Below, piece by piece: positions 9,561 through 18,800 of a stretch of 64,000 bases of DNA. The stretch's first letter is position 1. The number at the start of each line of letters is the position of its first letter. Below the pieces are notes generated by a model. The model searched no databases. It was not told the origin of the DNA and saw nothing but the letters and a program-made list of their open reading frames with translations. The translations under genes were made by a program, and so were the position numbers. The stretch is from the NCBI GenBank assembly GCA_050294405.1, contig JBNKOC010000016.1, positions 325,178 to 389,177 of the forward strand. Reading direction: 5' to 3'. The stretch is from Fibrobacteria bacterium. GTDB lineage: Bacteria > Fibrobacterota > Fibrobacteria > UBA11236 > JADFYW01.

Positions 9561-10573
9561 TTATCGTTTTCCGAGAGCTTTTTTTCGGCTTTTAGCTCAT
9601 AGCCCGGCATATGGAAATTGGCCAGGCATTTGGTATGGGGGATTTTATTGTAAGGGGGTATGTCGGAAACCCACAAGTTTTCCGGCTTTATTTTTGATAT
9701 GTTGCCGCAACTTGCTTTGTGAAACATTTTTGAATTTATGCTCCAGCTGTATTTAAAGCTATAAAAATTGGCTTCCTCAGCAAAAATATCATTTAGCACT
9801 TTAGCCAGTCGGAGAGCGGCCTTTTTTACCTGCCCCTTTATTTGAATTAAACTCTTAGTCCCGTAGCTAGGAGGCATAAAAATGGTATCTCCAGCATCAA
9901 TGGTAATCATCTCCACAACATAACATTGTCGGGCTAGTTTTTGGCTTTCTAAAATCCAATCTTCAATATTTCCCTTGGTGAACTGGTCCAGCTCCTCTTC
10001 GTATTCCAGCTGTTTCATAATTTCATGCTGAAGTATTTTTCCGTTGGCAAAATGGTGGTCAATGAGTTCGCTGTCCCACATGGCATGTAAGTTGGTAAAC
10101 TTGCCATCGTAAAAAATAGTGGTCTTATTGCCTCCCATATCATTTTGGTCACCAACATGTAGAGGTTGATGGAGGTCGGCCATAAGGTGTACAATCCATT
10201 TCAGACTCTCGGCTTTTTGTTTTGGGGTGGCATTCACATTGCCAAGTAGTTTTATCTCATTTTGCAGAACAGAAATAATATTTACGGAGGTCCAATACTT
10301 TTCGAAGGAAACGGCGCTGTCTTCAATATTGATGTTCACATAATGCCAGGATTTGGATAAGGGGTTTTTCCCTTTTATGTCATCAGCCCAATTGGAAACT
10401 TCGGCTAAAGTGGTTTTTCGACCAATCAGGTTTTTTAAATGGTTTTTTGTTCCTGGGTAGAGATGGGCCTCTGCAATATTGGAAATCACCTCATGGCCAA
10501 CTTTTCCAAATCCCTGAACATTTATGTTCAGACCAATGAATAATAGAATGCTTAAAAATATGCCAGAAGGCAT
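9557..10573 (-). CDS. S1/P1 nuclease with a short C-terminal Ada-like metal-binding tail
   Basis: FGKVGH, WADDIK, WHYVN, HLMADLHQPLH, GGN and NLHAMWDS motifs. Confidence 0.92.
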   Translation of the reverse strand: MPSGIFLSILLFIGLNINVQGFGKVGHEVISNIAEAHLYPGTKNHLKNLIGRKTTLAEVSNWADDIKGKNPLSKSWHYVNINIEDSAVSFEKYWTSVNIISVLQNEIKLLGNVNATPKQKAESLKWIVHLMADLHQPLHVGDQNDMGGNKTTIFYDGKFTNLHAMWDSELIDHHFANGKILQHEIMKQLEYEEELDQFTKGNIEDWILESQKLARQCYVVEMITIDAGDTIFMPPSYGTKSLIQIKGQVKKAALRLAKVLNDIFAEEANFYSFKYSWSINSKMFHKASCGNISKIKPENLWVSDIPPYNKIPHTKCLANFHMPGYELKAEKKLSENDN

Positions 10574-10651
10574 GGAAGAACAGCCCCAATAATTGATTCT
10601 TCTTAAAATTTAAATAAATCCAAAGAAAAGAGGTTGGAAAAGCCCAATGCT

Positions 10652-11323
10652 TTAATTTTTTGCTTCTCGGGCAAAATTAATGGCCTTTCTGCTGTCTTCT
10701 TCTAACTGGGTCCAGTCTTTTTTAGCTACAACCTCTGTGCGAATCAGCGAACTGGACATACCCACACAACAGGCACCGGCTTTTATCCAACTGGAGATGG
10801 ATTCGTAATTATTCTCTACGCCACCTGTGGGCATGAGCTGAGACCAGGGCATAGGCCCCTTTATAGCCTTAATAAAAGAAGGACCACCCACTTGGGCCGC
10901 TGGAAAAACTTTACAGACTTCCACTCCAAGTTCTTCGGCATTGCCAATTTCTGTGGCAGTCCCGCAGCCTGGCATATAAGCCACTTTGCGGCGATTGCAA
11001 AAAAGGGCCGTTTCCCTTTTAAAGTTTGGCGAAACAATGAAATTGGCGCCGTTGTTTATGTAAGTTGCCGCGGTGATTTCTTCGGGGATGGAGCCTGCCC
11101 CTAAAATAACCTGAGGCATTTCCGCTCTGAATTTTTTAATAAGTTCTGCAAAAATTTCCTGGGCAAAATCACCTCTGTGGGTAAATTCAACCACTGTAGC
11201 TCCCCCACGAGCCAGAGCAGCAACGATATTAGCGGCAGTGTCAAAATCCCCGTGGTAAAATACCGGGATAACAGAAATATGTTGCATAGCCTGAAGTACA
11301 TGCAGTCTGGAATGGGCGGCCAT
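10652..11323 (-). CDS. eda: KDPG/KHG aldolase
   Basis: VEFTHR, GAGSI, GANFIVSP, MPGCGTATEI, KVFPA and MPTGGV. Confidence 0.9.
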   Translation of the reverse strand: MAAHSRLHVLQAMQHISVIPVFYHGDFDTAANIVAALARGGATVVEFTHRGDFAQEIFAELIKKFRAEMPQVILGAGSIPEEITAATYINNGANFIVSPNFKRETALFCNRRKVAYMPGCGTATEIGNAEELGVEVCKVFPAAQVGGPSFIKAIKGPMPWSQLMPTGGVENNYESISSWIKAGACCVGMSSSLIRTEVVAKKDWTQLEEDSRKAINFAREAKN

Positions 11324-11337
11324 TTTTATGAATCCTT

Positions 11338-13890
11338 TTAAGCTTTAAGTTTAAGACAAGCCCAGGGAGTTATTATCAAAGACACCACCAGACAGGCAAA
11401 AAATCCTGTAATGGCTAATTGTCCTATGGTTCCAATACCCTGGTGGGTGGTAAATAACATTCCTGCGTAACCAGCTAAGGTGGTTATTACTGAGGCGCTA
11501 ACCAGTGAGCCTGTTACTGAAAATAATTCAGCCAAATTTTCTTTTTTGTAGTGCTGGTATCCCAGAGTAAGATGGATAACCGAGTCCACACTTACTCCAA
11601 GTAGGGAAGGAATGACAATTAAATTAAATGGACCGAGCTTAAGGCCTAAAAGCCCCATCCAGCCGACAGTCCAGAATATGCCTAAAAATAATCCGAGAAT
11701 GGAAATGATAAATAATTTGACGCTCCTGAGGGTTAAGGCCAGTGTAAGAGCGATTATAAGCGAAATCATCCAAGCCATTTTTAAACTGTCGGACTTTACC
11801 AGACGAATTATGTCGGCGTAAATAAAACTGCTGGAATACATTTTGAGATGCTCCCCATTCAATTCGAAATGTCCGTATCGGTCTTGAAACTTGGCTGCTT
11901 CACGGGAGTCTGAGGAATTGTAGCTGCCGTATATAAAGGCAATTTTTCCATAACTACCGTCCCGTTCCTGCACCAGCCTTAAGGCCCAGGGAGGAATCTC
12001 TTCTGCACCGAAGGGTTCCACCTCAGTCATGTCCCTGAGCTTTGCAATCATCATGGAGTCTTTTCCTTCAGCCTTGTCAAAAACTCTGGCGGAAATTTCG
12101 TCAGCAATTTCTTCTATGATTTCCATTCTATCTTCCTGCCGAGATTCGGGAGGAACAAAAGTAGATAGAGTTAAAAAGCTTCTTAGCAAGCTGTCTTTTT
12201 CCACAGCTAACCGGTGTAAAAGGGTATCGTGCAGTTGAACCATTGTCTCGGGGTTTTGAGCTAAAGCTACAATGGGTTGGCTGCTTTTGCGGTTGCTCTG
12301 GATGGCGACACCAACATGGCGATTGCTTCCCTTATCTTTTGGCCGGTTGTCCCTTAGGTTTTTAAAATCGTGTTCAAATTCATTTTGAGGTATGAAGATG
12401 GTCAGAATAAGACTTCCAACCGCAATGGTAATAGCTCCTTTTTTAAGCACGGAAGGCCAGCTTTTTTCCGGGATAAGGCTAAACATGGAAAATTTCGGAG
12501 CCTTGGTGGGGAGAGCTAAAATAAACCCCAAAATGGGAATTTTACGCAAGGTTTGAAACAAAAACACCAAAGCAGGTAAAAAGGTGAAGGCGGTGATAAC
12601 ACTGAAAACAATTCCTGCGCTGGCAATTACGCCGAACTCGTAAAAACCCACAAACTTCGCTGCTAAAAGAGTAAGTAATCCGGCAATAGTGGTTATGGCG
12701 GCAAGCAATATGGGTTTTATCATATGTTGGAGAGTATCCACAAATGATTCTTGCCAGCTTTGTCCTTTGAATACACCTTTTTGAGCATGGCCCATAATGT
12801 GTATGGAATAGTCGATTCCCATTCCAAGAATAATGGCGAACACAAAGGCTGTATACATATTGAGCCTACCATAAACATAGTAGGTAAATGCCGCAGTATA
12901 CATACAGGACACAATAACCTGAACAATAATGGCGATAAAAGCACCGATGCTTCTGAAATACCAGGCTATGATTAATATAACCAGGACAATGGAGATGGAA
13001 GTGGAGATAATGCCATTCATGGCCAGGGATTCCACTTCCTGCAAACTCTGGTAGGAACCTTCCACCCCCACATCAATTTTATCGCCGTATTTTTCGCGGA
13101 TGGGTTTTAGAATAACTTCAGTGCGGTCCAAAACTTCTTTCACATATTTTGTGTCACTACTGGGATATTTGAGAGCGGCTTGCACTACTCCGTTCCAGGT
13201 TCCATCCCGGTGGTAGCCGATTAATTTGTTTTTTAAACTGTCTGGTAAGTTTTTTTTAGGATTCCATGCTTTTTTATCCCCTTTTTCTTCTTTGGGTTTT
13301 AAAAAATTGGTAAAGGCATCGGCAGCTTCATCTGGAAGTCCCAATTCCTGGGCAATGGAGGCATCAAACCAAACCCTTTCTTTGGGTTTGTCCTCTTCTT
13401 CATCCAAGCCTTCAAAGAGATCCACTACGAGTGGGATGTTATTACCCAGTTCCAGTTTGAGATCCACCAGGTTTTCCAGAATATGCTCTAAATGGGGGAT
13501 GGGCAAATAAAGTAAGGCATTTTTAACGAAAAAAGAATTGTCCCGCTCATCTTGGACATACAGGGCGTCTTCCCAATTCTTCTCAATTTGGTTTTTTATT
13601 TCCCGTTGAATGTCTGCCACCAGCACTGGTGAGTCGCTTTGAATGGCGATGGTAAACAAGTCCGCACTTCCAAAGCGCTGGTTAGACTCCTTCATTGCCA
13701 AAATGGTAGGGGTGTTTCGGGGGAGCAAGTCGTCTAAGTCCGCGTCAAGCCGGATTTTTCCCAATGGTCCTAAAGCGCACCAAAGGGCTAACCCCAAAAC
13801 TATTAAAACAACAAGCCAGTGCCTTTTGGAAGCAAAATTGATATAAGTGTAAAGGAGGCTTCGGAATTTTTGCATGGCATAAAAATACAT
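11338..13890 (-). CDS. MMPL/RND-family transporter
   Basis: Two membrane repeats with ILGMGIDYSIH and LLGVSVDSVIH; AAITTIAG. Confidence 0.9.
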   Translation of the reverse strand: MYFYAMQKFRSLLYTYINFASKRHWLVVLIVLGLALWCALGPLGKIRLDADLDDLLPRNTPTILAMKESNQRFGSADLFTIAIQSDSPVLVADIQREIKNQIEKNWEDALYVQDERDNSFFVKNALLYLPIPHLEHILENLVDLKLELGNNIPLVVDLFEGLDEEEDKPKERVWFDASIAQELGLPDEAADAFTNFLKPKEEKGDKKAWNPKKNLPDSLKNKLIGYHRDGTWNGVVQAALKYPSSDTKYVKEVLDRTEVILKPIREKYGDKIDVGVEGSYQSLQEVESLAMNGIISTSISIVLVILIIAWYFRSIGAFIAIIVQVIVSCMYTAAFTYYVYGRLNMYTAFVFAIILGMGIDYSIHIMGHAQKGVFKGQSWQESFVDTLQHMIKPILLAAITTIAGLLTLLAAKFVGFYEFGVIASAGIVFSVITAFTFLPALVFLFQTLRKIPILGFILALPTKAPKFSMFSLIPEKSWPSVLKKGAITIAVGSLILTIFIPQNEFEHDFKNLRDNRPKDKGSNRHVGVAIQSNRKSSQPIVALAQNPETMVQLHDTLLHRLAVEKDSLLRSFLTLSTFVPPESRQEDRMEIIEEIADEISARVFDKAEGKDSMMIAKLRDMTEVEPFGAEEIPPWALRLVQERDGSYGKIAFIYGSYNSSDSREAAKFQDRYGHFELNGEHLKMYSSSFIYADIIRLVKSDSLKMAWMISLIIALTLALTLRSVKLFIISILGLFLGIFWTVGWMGLLGLKLGPFNLIVIPSLLGVSVDSVIHLTLGYQHYKKENLAELFSVTGSLVSASVITTLAGYAGMLFTTHQGIGTIGQLAITGFFACLVVSLIITPWACLKLKA

Positions 13891-14006
13891 AAACCATTGG
13901 TTAACTTGTAATGAAAGCCCATTTTATGAACGAAAAAAGAAAAAAAAAGAAATCTCTGGAAAATTTGACTTTCCTGAAAATCAAATTATTTTTTGCCATG
14001 AAAATT

Positions 14007-14082
14007 GGGGTCTTAGCTCAGTTGGTAGAGCACAACGCTGGCAGCGTTGGGGTCAGGAGTTCGACTCTCCTAGGCTCCACCA
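14007..14082 (+). tRNA. tRNA-Ala(GGC)
   Basis: Full cloverleaf, anticodon loop CT-GGC-AG, G3.U70 pair, encoded CCA. Confidence 0.97.
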
Positions 14083-14110
14083 AATTTTCAAATTGTGGTA
14101 TAATAATTGG

Positions 14111-14641
14111 GTGCTCGACGATTTTGAAATAAAGAGGCGACAGTTACTCAACCATTTAAAAAATCATCGCAAAAGTATAATTCCCCATAAGCCACAAGCT
14201 GAAAAGCCTCTTCCCAAGTTAAAGTTCGCTCAACCTCCCAAGGTTAAAAACAAAAACTTAGCTTCCGTTGGATTGCTTTCTATCGATCCGAAAACTATCC
14301 ACTTTGTGGAGCGTGAAGGAGAGAGAGTAGCCAATTTTGAAATTTTTGATGATGGGGAGAAGTTGTTGCAATGGGTTCAGGAAGAAATACCACCCTTAGT
14401 TGTACTGGATATCGATCCCCCATTGGAAGAACGGATTTTTATGGATTGTATTTCGGAGCTTCCTATTTTATCTGAAAGTACAAAGCCAATTTTGCTCACA
14501 AAAAATAAGAGAAATTCTAAAATTTTTCAACTCACAAAAATGGGCATTAAAGCGGTAATGGGAAAACCAATTCAGCTATTAGATGTTAAATCACTTTTGA
14601 ATGGAGTCGTTCCCCATGATTGTCGGCCTCCTACATACTGA
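14111..14641 (+). CDS. Protein with an atypical receiver (CheY-like) domain
   Basis: PPLVVLDIDPP, PILLT and MGKPI receiver motifs after a basic N-terminus. GTG 14111 is preferred over 14093 because a -10 box overlaps the latter. Confidence 0.65.
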   Translation: MLDDFEIKRRQLLNHLKNHRKSIIPHKPQAEKPLPKLKFAQPPKVKNKNLASVGLLSIDPKTIHFVEREGERVANFEIFDDGEKLLQWVQEEIPPLVVLDIDPPLEERIFMDCISELPILSESTKPILLTKNKRNSKIFQLTKMGIKAVMGKPIQLLDVKSLLNGVVPHDCRPPTY

Positions 14642-14816
14642 AAATAAAGCATTTTTAGCCGATATTTAGGTTAGGTAGCAACCTAGCTTTCAAGCTGACA
14701 GAAATTTTCGAAATCTCACTTGGATCTTTCATTAAGGAAAGGTATATTTATTAATGCTCACAATTTATTTGAAAAAAGTGTAAATTAAAAAATAAAACAG
14801 AGCAGAAAACCAACTG

Positions 14817-15650
14817 ATGACCGATATTTTTAATTATTCAGATTACCGCAATTATCTGGAAGACTATTATAAAGAGCAAAAGCAAAAGGATAAAAAATTC
14901 TCTCATCGCTATTTTGCTCAAAAAGCAGGTATAAACTCCTCGGGTTTTTTTTCCGATGTTATTGCCGGTAAAAGGAATTTAACGCCTGCATTAATTTTAA
15001 AATTCTCAAAGGCTTTAAAGCTCAAACGCAATCAGGAAGAATATTTTGAATTTTTGGTGAACTTCAATCAATCCACTAGTTTAGAGGAAAAAAACCATTA
15101 CTATGAAAAGATGCTCAGTTTTAAAAACACCAATATTAAAATTTTGGAAAAAGAGCAGCACGAGTTTTACAGCACCTGGTATTTTTCCGCAATTCGCGAG
15201 CTTTTGTATTTTTACAAATTCAAAGACAATTTCAAAGAATTGGCCCGTAAATTAAACCCTCCCATAAGAGAAGATCAAGCCAAAAAAGCTATTCAGGTTT
15301 TGGAAAAATGCGATTTAATCCGAAAAGATAAAAATGGCTATTACTACCAAACCAGCGCCATAATTTCTTCTGGGAACGACTTTAAATCCATGAATGTGGC
15401 TAATTTTCAACTGGCAACCATAGATTTGGCCAAGGACGCTATTCGGGGAACTCGAAAGTTGCACAAAGACAGAAGTATCTCTACTGTAACCTTGACTCTT
15501 TCCAAGAAATCCTACGAATCTGCTTCTGAAAAAATAGCTAAATTGCGAAAGGATTTATTAGCCTTAGCGGAGCAGGACAAAGCTGTAGATAGAGTATATC
15601 AGATGAATTTTCAAATATTTCCCTTAACCCGAATTGAGGATGGGCTTTAA
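14817..15650 (+). CDS. TIGR02147 (DUF4423) family HTH protein
   Basis: IFNYSDYRNYL, FSHRYFAQKAG, WYFSAIRELL and C-terminal VYQMNFQIFPL. Confidence 0.92.
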   Translation: MTDIFNYSDYRNYLEDYYKEQKQKDKKFSHRYFAQKAGINSSGFFSDVIAGKRNLTPALILKFSKALKLKRNQEEYFEFLVNFNQSTSLEEKNHYYEKMLSFKNTNIKILEKEQHEFYSTWYFSAIRELLYFYKFKDNFKELARKLNPPIREDQAKKAIQVLEKCDLIRKDKNGYYYQTSAIISSGNDFKSMNVANFQLATIDLAKDAIRGTRKLHKDRSISTVTLTLSKKSYESASEKIAKLRKDLLALAEQDKAVDRVYQMNFQIFPLTRIEDGL

Positions 15651-17127
15651 AATGGTGCGCTTGCCTGGGTGGATGTATGCATGCCTAATGGTTTTAGCCG
15701 TTTTGTTTTTATCCTCTTGTTTGATGGAAGGAGAGCCTCAACCTAAAGTTATTGGGCCCCAAATAGTGGACGAGCAGGGAAATCCTGTAGCGGGAGCTAG
15801 AGTTTATATTACCCCAGCCGATAATATTCCGTTTAGAGGTTCGGGCTCTGAAACAGAATTGTTGGGCTCTGGTTCCGAAACGACTTTTAACGGAAGCGGA
15901 AGTGAAACCACACTCACTAACGATGATGGTCGCTACAGTTTAGGCGGTTTAAAGGATGGCGACTACAACATTGAGGCCTATAAGGACGGAAAAATTTCAT
16001 TCCGCAGTTCGGTGAATGTTAGTGACGAAGAACGATTGAAAAAACAAAGGGATACCTTACGCACCCCTGGAAAATTAGAAGCTAAGGTGGTTCTTCTTCC
16101 CGAAGATGATTTAAGAACGGTGTTTGTGTTTATTCTGGGAACGTCTCATTTAACAATGCCCGACTCTAACGGGGTCTTTGCTTTTCCTGATTTGGGAAAA
16201 GGAAAATACAATTTAAGAATATTATCCACTTTGGATTCTTATGAAGTTTGGGATTCGGAGGAACTTGAGATTAAATCTGGAAAGAAAGTTGATTTGGGGG
16301 AAATATATCTACCTCACAAAACTGAATTAAATATGAAAATCACAGATTTAACCGGACAAGGAAAAAAGATCATAGAATTTGAAAACCCAGTTTATGGAAT
16401 TGACTTTTATAGTGGGAACTTTTTCCAAGTTGATTTAAATGGAAATTTCATCCAATATGACCTGGAAGCTAAGGTTATTAACCAATGGAATATTGGGACA
16501 GCTTTAGATGATATATATAAAACTAATGTAGTTAAGGTTTTGGGAAAGGATTCTCTGCTGGTGGTAGATGAAAATTATGATTTTACCATTTTTAGCTTTG
16601 AGGGAGATGAAGTATCAAAATTCAATATCCCTGTGGATTTTTATAATATATCCGTATTTAACAGACATTTATTACTCACGGATCTTTTTTCTTCAAAAAT
16701 TTATGAATATGATTTAAATGGTAATTTGTTTGAAACTTATTCAGAAAAGGATAAAAAGGGGACCCCATTTGGAGCCCTATGGGGCAGTGTTTATAATTCC
16801 AATGGGTTATATGTTTTGGAAAAGTCAGGAGTTGATAGCAAGGCAAATTTGATTCACTACAATGATGATTTTGAAATGATAAGCGAAATTACTTTGCCAT
16901 TTCAAAGTAGCGAATGGTTAAGGATCTCCGCAAACAATGAAGAAGTAATTGTTTTGGGAAGTAATTTTGCCTATGTAATTGATGAAGCGGATTCCATTAA
17001 ACATAAAATCAAACTATATGATGGATTGTCATTAAATACAAAAACTCACACGGGCGTATCATTACCTGGCTCAAATCAAATTGCCGTTTATGATGAAACG
17101 GGATTTGTTGAGCTATTCGAATATTAA
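15634..17127 (+). CDS. Lipoprotein with carboxypeptidase-regulatory-like domains and a C-terminal beta-propeller-like region
   Basis: Lipobox LSSC, VDEQGNPVAGARV and TNDDGRYSL. True start may be ATG 15640 or 15652. Confidence 0.8.
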   Translation: MRMGFKMVRLPGWMYACLMVLAVLFLSSCLMEGEPQPKVIGPQIVDEQGNPVAGARVYITPADNIPFRGSGSETELLGSGSETTFNGSGSETTLTNDDGRYSLGGLKDGDYNIEAYKDGKISFRSSVNVSDEERLKKQRDTLRTPGKLEAKVVLLPEDDLRTVFVFILGTSHLTMPDSNGVFAFPDLGKGKYNLRILSTLDSYEVWDSEELEIKSGKKVDLGEIYLPHKTELNMKITDLTGQGKKIIEFENPVYGIDFYSGNFFQVDLNGNFIQYDLEAKVINQWNIGTALDDIYKTNVVKVLGKDSLLVVDENYDFTIFSFEGDEVSKFNIPVDFYNISVFNRHLLLTDLFSSKIYEYDLNGNLFETYSEKDKKGTPFGALWGSVYNSNGLYVLEKSGVDSKANLIHYNDDFEMISEITLPFQSSEWLRISANNEEVIVLGSNFAYVIDEADSIKHKIKLYDGLSLNTKTHTGVSLPGSNQIAVYDETGFVELFEY

Positions 17128-17504
17128 GAGACTTTTAGAGTTCCGTTATCGTTCCAGATAGCTCCAGGCACCGGGGGTGGGTTTGTGGGCAAGTTATGCA
17201 AAATAACATAGCCATTTTTATCAATAGTCATTTGCTTGGAAAGTGTGCCCTTATTTGCCGTAAAAAACTCCAAGTCACCAGCATTGGCGGAGCCGCTTGA
17301 TTCTCCTTTTACCACATTTTGAATTTTAGAACATACGCCTCTTCCATCTCCTACAAATTCAATGCTGACTTTATCATTGACAGAAGAAGCACCTCTTAAT
17401 TGTAAGCCTGGGGAATCATTGCTGTATGTCATAACATAAATTAGCTTTCCGCCTGCACCGCCATCTATATTTGTAATACCTGCTTCAGTTTTTATATATG
17501 CCAT
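17124..17504 (-). CDS. Hypothetical protein resembling a tail-fibre/adhesin fragment
   Basis: GGGAGA SD; GDLEFFT..QMTIDKNG and GAIWNDNGTLKVS segments. Confidence 0.6.
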   Translation of the reverse strand: MAYIKTEAGITNIDGGAGGKLIYVMTYSNDSPGLQLRGASSVNDKVSIEFVGDGRGVCSKIQNVVKGESSGSANAGDLEFFTANKGTLSKQMTIDKNGYVILHNLPTNPPPVPGAIWNDNGTLKVS

Positions 17505-17573
17505 GTTTTCTCCCTAATTAATGAAAGAATTAAAAAACAACAAGTATTTTATGTAAAATACTTGAAAGCCCTA

Positions 17574-17611
17574 AAAACTAAAAACCCCTGAGATTTCTCC
17601 CAAGGGTTTTT
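17574..17611 (-). terminator. Rho-independent terminator of the sigma factor gene
   Basis: Minus strand CCCTTGGGA-GAAA-TCTCAGGGG followed by TTTTTAGTTTTT. Confidence 0.8.
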
Positions 17612-17634
17612 GAAATTTAATTTATGAAATTGAG

Positions 17635-18444
17635 TTATGAAGTTGCGTCGATGTATCCTTCCAGCTTTTCAGCAAGGATATCCTTGAATTTACTTTTTTT
17701 CAAGCGACGTAATGCTTGGTCTCTCAATTGACGAACGCGTTCATGAGAAATGTTAAGGCTATCACCAACTTCTCTTAAAGTTTGAGGTGCTTCGAAGCCA
17801 ATTCCGTACAAACCTTTTAAAACCTTGGCTTCTCTTTCAGGAACTTCGCCTAACAATTCTCTGGTAAAACGTTCAACTTCACTGATTTCGGCATTGTTAT
17901 CAGGTAAACCGGCTTTTTCGTCAGAAATAACTTCAGAATAAGTCATTTTAGAACCTTCTGACAAAGGAGCGTCAAAAGAACCACCACGTTCACCCAATTT
18001 AATGAGTTCTCTGATTTCATCATTAATCTCTCCGCCATTGGCACTTTCTTTAAGAGCCTTGCGAACCCGAAGGTGCTGGTTGGCTGGAAGACGAATCAAG
18101 GAACCCTGCTCATTAATAGCTCTGGTAATGTATGCCTTAATCCACCATACGGCGTAAGAAATGAACTTTAATCCGCGGGTATGGTCGAAGCTTTCGATGG
18201 CGCGAACTAATCCCATTGCTCCTTCGCTAACTAAATCGGGAAGGGGAATAGGGCAACCACGATATTGAAGGGCAACCTTCAATACAAACCTCATATTGGC
18301 ACTTAAAAGAGTAGCTCTGGCTTTGGCGTTGCCTTCGCGGCAAAGACGAAACAATTCCTGTTCTTCTTTTTTGGAAACAGGATTAGTCTTTCGGATATCG
18401 TCCAGGTATCTTCTAACTGTGGCATCTGAATTTTCGTATATCAT
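17635..18444 (-). CDS. Sigma-70 factor, RpoD/RpoS-like and lacking region 1.1
   Basis: YLDDI, ANMRFV, DLVSEGAMGL, KFISYAVWWIK, IRLP and ERVRQL. ATG 18444 follows a purine-rich SD. Confidence 0.93.
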   Translation of the reverse strand: MIYENSDATVRRYLDDIRKTNPVSKKEEQELFRLCREGNAKARATLLSANMRFVLKVALQYRGCPIPLPDLVSEGAMGLVRAIESFDHTRGLKFISYAVWWIKAYITRAINEQGSLIRLPANQHLRVRKALKESANGGEINDEIRELIKLGERGGSFDAPLSEGSKMTYSEVISDEKAGLPDNNAEISEVERFTRELLGEVPEREAKVLKGLYGIGFEAPQTLREVGDSLNISHERVRQLRDQALRRLKKSKFKDILAEKLEGYIDATS

Positions 18445-18800
18445 TTCTTCTTCTTTCCTTTTATAATTCAAGTCCCTAGTTAAGCAAATGACATACCAAT
18501 AAAAAATAGCTTTAAAATCGTAAAAAAAGGCCTTGTTTATAAAATGTGTATAGGTAGTAGTCACGCATGGTGACTGTTTTTATTTGTAAAGTCATTAAAA
18601 ATGACATTTGTCGAAGTTTTGCATTCTTTATGGAAAAAATAGATAATTGAAGTTGCGGTACAAAATCTCATTAGAAGCTGTGACGTAAAATTCTTAAGTT
18701 TAGGTAAGAGTTACTAAAATTTAAGTTTATGTAAAAAACAGGATTTTCTTTCCGAGACTACAGGAAAGTTCCATGAGGCAATGAAGGCAATAAAATATTA

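Noticed and set aside
13911..14132. 73-aa ORF
   Set aside because: It overlaps tRNA-Ala and its promoter.
14007..17504. Genomic island integrated at tRNA-Ala
   Set aside because: The region looks AT-rich and accessory, but I found no integrase and no duplicated tRNA 3' end.
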